DNA from: Opitutia bacterium ISCC 52
GTDB taxonomy: Bacteria; Verrucomicrobiota; Verrucomicrobiia; Opitutales; UBA2995
Length of the DNA stretch: 32,000 nt
NCBI GenBank assembly: GCA_014529675.2
Contig: CP076040.1
Span: forward strand, 2,095,894-2,127,893
Direction of reading: 5' to 3'
Shown here: positions 27,277 through 32,000 of the stretch, in pieces
Position numbering within the stretch: position 1 is the first letter of the stretch
Layout: every line of letters starts with the position of its first letter
Position numbers and translations under genes: made by a program
The notes under the pieces: model-generated
The model's input: only the letters and a program-made list of their open reading frames with translations
Database searches by the model: none
Told to the model about the DNA's origin: nothing

Positions 27277-27361
27277 ATTTTTGAAATAGCGGATGAAAGG
27301 ACTTATTCTTGCTAAGTCAAGTCCCGACAAGCAAAACCAAAATCCATAAATGGCCATGCAA

Positions 27362-27903
27362 TTAGTCATTCGCTAAGCCCAATTCTTGCCTACACAAGAG
27401 AATGGGGACACCTTCAAGCCCCATGGGGATTTCTTCTTTTGGTATCCACCCCTCCGACTTGAATAGCTGGTATGCAGGAAGGTTATCTTTCATAACGTGA
27501 AGGTAGACAGCGAAATATTTCTCTGCCCTTGAATGAGCTAATGCCTGTCGAATCAACCTACGACCAAGGCCTTGTCTGATGAAATCCCGATGAACATGCA
27601 TTCCCTCCAAATATGCAGCCGAACCCAAGTCATCTTTATCTTGGTAGGCAGTGTCCGGCTTTAGGGAAACCATGCCTGCAATACGGATGTCTGCTGAGGC
27701 AATCCAGATTGTAATTCGGTCGTCTAGGGCTCTTTTTTTCAATCCTTTTCATAGTCACTTAAAACCCGACTGGTGAGCCAATCTTGAGAAGCATAGGGCT
27801 TGAAGGACTCAGAGTGACTAAAGTGGTGGAGAGGCGCCAGGGCAGGCCAATCAGAATACGAAGCCAGTCTCAGTTCGATCTCGGGACTATTCAATTCTGT
27901 CAT
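27362..27903 (-). pseudogene. GNAT-family N-acetyltransferase interrupted by a 1-nt frameshift
   Basis: The ORF-track protein (27362-27742) carries the acetyl-CoA motif RQGLGRRLIRQALAH but lacks a GNAT N-terminus. My translation of another frame from the ATG at 27903 gives MTELNSPEIELRLASYSDWPALAPLHHFSHSESFKPYASQDWLTSRVLSDYEKD*. The two frames can only be joined within 27742-27748. The repaired length is about 180 aa. Confidence 0.7.
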
Positions 27904-28897
27904 TGTTGATATCCTGGGCCCCGTCTTCCATTCGTAGAGAAAAATAGTCTCTCAAGTAGGTATGTAGTTCGGGCTTGTTACTGTTCCAACGCCAACAACC
28001 ACTTTCATCAATTGCGATATCTGTGTATGGATTGAATTCATGCTGCTCAAGTCCCGCACGTCTCTTGTCATAATTACGGTCCTTTATTGCCCCATGCCAT
28101 AGATGATAAATATTGCCAGAGACAAACCCAAGATCGCCAGCGACTTCACGATAAAAAGGAATAGCCCAATCTAAGAAATGCTCCTTTCGTTTGGGATTCA
28201 TTTTGAGGTTTCCGGAAATGTCTTCAAAGTTCCCTAACACTCCACTTAGAATGGGACCATCCCCTCCCCCTACAAAGCAAGCATCATACAACTTATGTCT
28301 ATCGAGAAGCTCATGTCGGGCTGCCCAAGCTAAGCCGCGTGTGAGTCCCCAAGCCCTCTTGTCTGTGGATTGCATTAGATCATGGATGCGTTTGTTAGCT
28401 CCAAGGGCCCTAGCTAATGATTCGCATTTTTGTGAGCTATGATTCGGCGAGAAACATCCAGGTGGTGCTCCTCGATTAAGTTTATATGAATGCGCAAAAG
28501 GTTGAATGACCTTATGACGTTCGAGTGCTTCTTCTGCTTCAAGAGCCCACTCATGGTTTTCAAAAACAATATCACAATCCAACCAGGCCACCTTTCTGCA
28601 GGATTCAGGCAAAGCCTCGATTGCTACGTTGAGCAAACGTTCCTTCTGTCACATGATATCTTTCCCTGTTAACTGAATCATCAGTTCGGCATCATCGGCT
28701 GGTAGATGATATTCACCCGTAAAGGATAATTCTACCGTTACTAACGGTATCTTAAGGTGCTTCCTGAAGATATCGTAGTTGGATCGTCTATTAGCGTAAT
28801 TGCAGGGATTAAAATAGGAAGTAATCGCCCACAACGGTTGATTTGATTGGGAATGACTCAGCGCTCTGTTGTCATTATATACAGTCGGTCCACTCAT
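27887..28897 (-). pseudogene. GT-A-like (putative glycosyltransferase-fold) protein of unknown function, split by an in-frame TGA
   Basis: ORFs 28649-28912 and 27887-28636 are in the same frame. Read-through gives ...IQLTGKDIM*QKERLLNVAIEALPESCRKVAWLDCDIVF (a DxD-like DCD). The N-terminal SYFNPCNYANRRSNY block belongs to a conserved hypothetical family I recognise only loosely. The probable start is the ATG at 28897. Confidence 0.55.
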
Positions 28898-28912
28898 TAT
28901 GTGCGCGAACAA

Positions 28913-30409
28913 TTATTTGGATCCATGATCAGCTCTTTCCCGGCCTCCGAAATATTTGTCCCGTATCCATTTGGGCTGCCATACGTCCAACGTCCGCTTC
29001 TCATTGTCGTAGACTGGGATTTTAGATTTCGGGTTGGCGACGAGCAGAGGATCTGGATCTCCATATTGATCCCTTGCTTGCTCCATGAGGCCCATCATTC
29101 GTTGGAGTTGCTTTTGATGCTCGGGAGATTCCGCCAAGTTGTTTATTTCATGCGGGTCGTTTTTAAGATCAAAAAGTAGTATGTGATTTATTTTCGGATA
29201 CACGTGCAATTTCCAGCTGCCATCACTGATCGCTCGCTGATTATCCTGGAACGGTAGAAATGCAGTTTTGTGGGCAGATTTCTTTTTTCCAGACATGAGC
29301 GGATTTAGATCAATCGAATCTATGTTCGAAGGCGCTTCAATTCCCGCAAATCCGCAAATGGTCGCGTAAAGGTCATGGACGTAGGAATAGGCCTTGCTCG
29401 ACTTGCCGACTGGCACGCCAGGACCACTTAGGATTAATGGAGCGCGCATGCTCTGTTCGTAAACATTTTGCTTTCCCAGCAAGCCATGGCTGCCCATGCC
29501 TAATCCATGATCAGCGGTGTAGATAATTAGGGTGTTGTCAGCATGCGGTCCGTTTTTGACGGCATCGATGACACGACCTACTTGCTCGTCTAGATGAGTA
29601 ATCAGTCCGTAATATTCACAGAGTTGGTCACTGATTACTTCTGGGGGTCTTGGCCAGGGAGCTAAACCTTCATCACGACCACCCGTAACCTGAGACGCAT
29701 TCGTAAACGGGTGATAGGGTAAATAGTTTTCAGGCAATGGAGGACGGTTGTTGTAATACATCTCACGATACTTGACAGGTGGATTTCGAGTATCGTGTGG
29801 AGCGGTAAGAGCTACGTATAAAAAGAATGGATGCTCTTCATTGGCATCATCAATGAATTCAACGGCTGCATCCGCAAATACCGTGCTGGAAAATCCTCCA
29901 GCTGATCTTTTCGGCGTTAGCTCTCCGTTAACGTAATCCTGAACCACGAAATCCGTGTGATCGACCATGCCGCCCATGTAGACCGATTTGCCATTGGAAA
30001 AAGAAGCCTGGAGCGTTTCCAATCCATTGTGCCATTTCCCAACAATATAAGTGGAGTAGCCCCCTTCTTTTTCCAGAATAGCAGGTAGAATTGGCAGCTT
30101 AGCCCAGCTCCTGGACTTGTTCCCTTCAGGTAAATTCATCCAATGGAGTCCGGTCATTAGCATGGACCGACTGGCTACACAGACTGCCCCGCTGTATGAG
30201 CCGGCACAGTAGTTACGCAAAAAGCTGAATCCACTCTCAGCTAATGAGTCTAGATGAGGCGTTTGAATGTGAGGATTGCCGTGTGCTCCAATGGTGTCCG
30301 CTCGTTGGTCATCGGCAAAAAGAAAGACAATATTAGGTCTCTCTGCTGCCGTGAGGCTGAACTGAGCGAAAAATAGGCAGAGGTTTAGGGTAAGTGGCCA
30401 GGCTTTCAT
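28913..30409 (-). CDS. Exported formylglycine-dependent sulfatase (arylsulfatase A family)
   Basis: Signal peptide MKAWPLTLNLCLFFAQFSLTAA. FLFADDQRAD metal-binding start. The CVASRSMLMTG motif fits C-x-(P/A)-x-R. Also has GKWH and ADHG motifs. Confidence 0.88.
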   Translation of the reverse strand: MKAWPLTLNLCLFFAQFSLTAAERPNIVFLFADDQRADTIGAHGNPHIQTPHLDSLAESGFSFLRNYCAGSYSGAVCVASRSMLMTGLHWMNLPEGNKSRSWAKLPILPAILEKEGGYSTYIVGKWHNGLETLQASFSNGKSVYMGGMVDHTDFVVQDYVNGELTPKRSAGGFSSTVFADAAVEFIDDANEEHPFFLYVALTAPHDTRNPPVKYREMYYNNRPPLPENYLPYHPFTNASQVTGGRDEGLAPWPRPPEVISDQLCEYYGLITHLDEQVGRVIDAVKNGPHADNTLIIYTADHGLGMGSHGLLGKQNVYEQSMRAPLILSGPGVPVGKSSKAYSYVHDLYATICGFAGIEAPSNIDSIDLNPLMSGKKKSAHKTAFLPFQDNQRAISDGSWKLHVYPKINHILLFDLKNDPHEINNLAESPEHQKQLQRMMGLMEQARDQYGDPDPLLVANPKSKIPVYDNEKRTLDVWQPKWIRDKYFGGRERADHGSK

Positions 30410-30467
30410 ATCCCGAATGATCCTTAGTCCATCAAGCTTTGGCCATCAAAAAACTCTTCCAGAATTA

Positions 30468-31316
30468 TCAAATAAGTCGGTCCAGTTTTTCTCCGACATC
30501 CGCTTTAAAGCGATCTATGAACTCCAGTGTATAGTCTTTAATCGATAAAGATGGATCTAAGACCAAAGGAGTCAGATCCATAGACCAGGTAAGGGCAGTC
30601 GCATCGTCGCTAGAGTGTGAAACAAAGTAAGTGGCATTGGCAAGTCGTCGGCCTGCGGTAGCAAGGTCGTAGCGTTTACCGCCACTGATCTGGGAATCAT
30701 AAAGGGCTACCAGGGACTGGGCCATGTTCTCGTATTGGCTGCAGTCGAGAACCGATTTATCGCTATCCAACATCCAGTCCAGGTCACGCCAGACTTCGCA
30801 GCCATATACCTTCTCGGGTTTTAACGCGTCTGGAAGCTTCCGCAAGGCGGCCAACGATTTAGCTAAAACTGCGATATGCGTATCATGTTTGTCGGCTGGA
30901 TTATGAAGGTACACCGTTTTAGCTCCTGCTTTCTCTAGGATCTGCACCAGGTCTTCGGTCGCGGAATCATTCGAAGTGTCCTTTATCTCAGAGGAACTAT
31001 AGTCCATCTGAAATTGTGCGGCATAATCTCCAACGAATGCGGCCTTATTTTGTTCGTCAGCTCGCACCTGAACCATTTCCTCATCGGTGTAATCTTCGTA
31101 GACCCCGACACGTGAGCTTCCTGCCCCGTTGGTGACAGTGACCCCAGTGAACCATTGGTTGCGTTGACCATAACAGGCAGCAATACCGTTGTAAGCAAAG
31201 ATTTCCAAGTCATCCTGATGCGCGCCAATTGCTAAGTGCGTAGTCTTGCTGAGTGCTGTATTCAGATCAGAACCATCTGGGATATAGGTTTGGGCAGTCG
31301 TCTTATTAAATTCCAT
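30468..31316 (-). CDS. PIG-L/LmbE-family deacetylase
   Basis: HLAIGAHQDDLEIF matches the AHPDDxE zinc-binding motif of the PIG-L family. I prefer the ATG at 31316; the ORF-track start at 31328 is TTG. Confidence 0.65.
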   Translation of the reverse strand: MEFNKTTAQTYIPDGSDLNTALSKTTHLAIGAHQDDLEIFAYNGIAACYGQRNQWFTGVTVTNGAGSSRVGVYEDYTDEEMVQVRADEQNKAAFVGDYAAQFQMDYSSSEIKDTSNDSATEDLVQILEKAGAKTVYLHNPADKHDTHIAVLAKSLAALRKLPDALKPEKVYGCEVWRDLDWMLDSDKSVLDCSQYENMAQSLVALYDSQISGGKRYDLATAGRRLANATYFVSHSSDDATALTWSMDLTPLVLDPSLSIKDYTLEFIDRFKADVGEKLDRLI

Positions 31317-31340
31317 GGGTTTACTCAATGGTTTTAAAAT

Positions 31341-31451
31341 ACCGAGATGCGATGAAGAGCAAGGCGCAGTTCACAAGCTTACGCAGGAGTGTAGATGACT
31401 ACATGATCAAGTGGATTGTGGGCTGAAACGCAGCTCATCGCGCATGTCGGT
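31341..31451. repeat. Imperfect long-range inverted repeat in the ROK-like / PIG-L intergenic region
   Basis: ACCGAGATGCGATGA (31341-31355) can pair with TCATCGCGCATGTCGGT (31435-31451), with one mismatch and a 2-nt bulge, enclosing about 80 nt. Function unknown. Confidence 0.35.
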
Positions 31452-31582
31452 TTTAGCGTTCGGAAGTGTATCGGTAGATGTTCACTTTTAATGAGGTTTT
31501 GAAAATAATTAGAGAGTTTTATACTAGCTCTTTTCTATTTATTTAATGCCTCCACTTGCGAAGGCGATTGAAACTTTTGAGA

Positions 31583-32000
31583 TTAATTTTTTATAACCGG
31601 AAGGCTGGCCGCCGCTACGGCTTGTCCATGACGTTTGTCTTGTTCGTTAGGAGTTCTTAAATTTATTTTATCGGCAAATTCCGGGAACTCTTCCTGAAGG
31701 ACCTGCTTTCCTTTCTCGATTATGATCTCGCCTCCCTCACCGGAAGTCACACGACCGAGAATGAGTAGGTTATGAAAATCATAAAGATCTGCATAGTGAG
31801 CGATGGAATAGCCAAAGTAAGTTCCGATCGTGTCGTAAACTTTTGGGGCTTCATCGCTCCCCCGATTCATTTCTTCCTGGAGGTATTCAAGTTGTTCAGG
31901 AAAACCCATGCCTTCCTCCACTTCAATTCCCGCATGAGGCAATAGGCGTGCCACTGTTTGTTGAGAAAAATACTGTGCCCCTACCCCAATGTCTTCAGAC
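31583..32000 (-). CDS. C-terminal part of a ROK-like sugar kinase/regulator family protein (5' end outside the window)
   Basis: The frame stays open upstream of the ORF-track GTG to the window edge (...SEDIGVGAQYFSQQTVARLL...). The block IGTYFGYSIAHYADLYDFHNLLILGRVTSGEGG...RHGQAVAAASLP resembles proteins I recall being annotated as ROK family in Bacteroidota/PVC. This is a memory-based call. Confidence 0.45.
   Translation of the reverse strand, partial: SEDIGVGAQYFSQQTVARLLPHAGIEVEEGMGFPEQLEYLQEEMNRGSDEAPKVYDTIGTYFGYSIAHYADLYDFHNLLILGRVTSGEGGEIIIEKGKQVLQEEFPEFADKINLRTPNEQDKRHGQAVAAASLPVIKN

Noticed and set aside
18716-28651. The three in-frame TGA codons (18716, 18887, 28649) as evidence for TGA recoding (genetic code 4/25) or selenocysteine.
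   Set aside because: TGA clearly terminates well-defined genes in the same window: the sigma factor at 366-368 and dapA at 2354-2356, each overlapping the next gene's ATG. The three positions would need different amino acids (probably Arg/Lys, Cys/Gly and Trp). No SECIS-like hairpin was evident. galE also carries a frameshift, so decay is the simpler explanation.
1-32000. A search by eye for CRISPR arrays, IS elements, integrases, phage genes, toxin-antitoxin pairs or known defence-system genes.
   Set aside because: No regularly spaced repeats, no terminal inverted repeats flanking an ORF, and no transposase, recombinase, nuclease or helicase signatures were found in any ORF-track protein. 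The tRNA 3' end has no recognisable duplicate in the window that would mark an island boundary.

Overview
A 32-kb, tightly packed chromosomal window from a bacterium with roughly mid-40s %GC (hand counts of a few lines only). The gene content (exported sulfatase, ECF sigma/anti-sigma pair, very long signal peptidase I, sigma-54 activator, sugar-acid genes) suggests a PVC/Verrucomicrobiota-like polysaccharide degrader; this is inference only. I support about 31 protein-coding loci and one tRNA. No rRNA, CRISPR, transposase or integrase was seen. Left third is housekeeping: partial ECF sigma plus anti-sigma, ruvA, dapB-dapA, pilT, fabD, lepA-lepB, malQ. The centre (10428-18115, minus strand) is the most interesting part. 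It is an eight-gene, probably single-operon type II FAS/PKS-like lipid cluster: FabF-type KS, dedicated ACP, two tandem CrtI/phytoene-desaturase-family flavoenzymes, FabZ-like dehydratase, FabI-like enoyl reductase, KASIII/OleA-like condensing enzyme, and a haloalkane-dehalogenase/OleB-like alpha/beta hydrolase. I know of no product for this architecture. Right third: galE remnant, orphan sigma-54 response regulator, RluA-family pseudouridine synthase, uxaA plus a divergent UxaE-family protein, a Tat-signal type II haloacid dehalogenase with a small exported protein, a tRNA(CAU) beside a ~740-bp ORF-free stretch, then GNAT, a GT-like protein, sulfatase, PIG-L deacetylase and a partial ROK-like gene. 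Four genes are visibly broken: pilT and GNAT by frameshifts, galE by one frameshift plus two in-frame TGAs, and the GT-like gene by one in-frame TGA. This points to gene decay or sequence errors.
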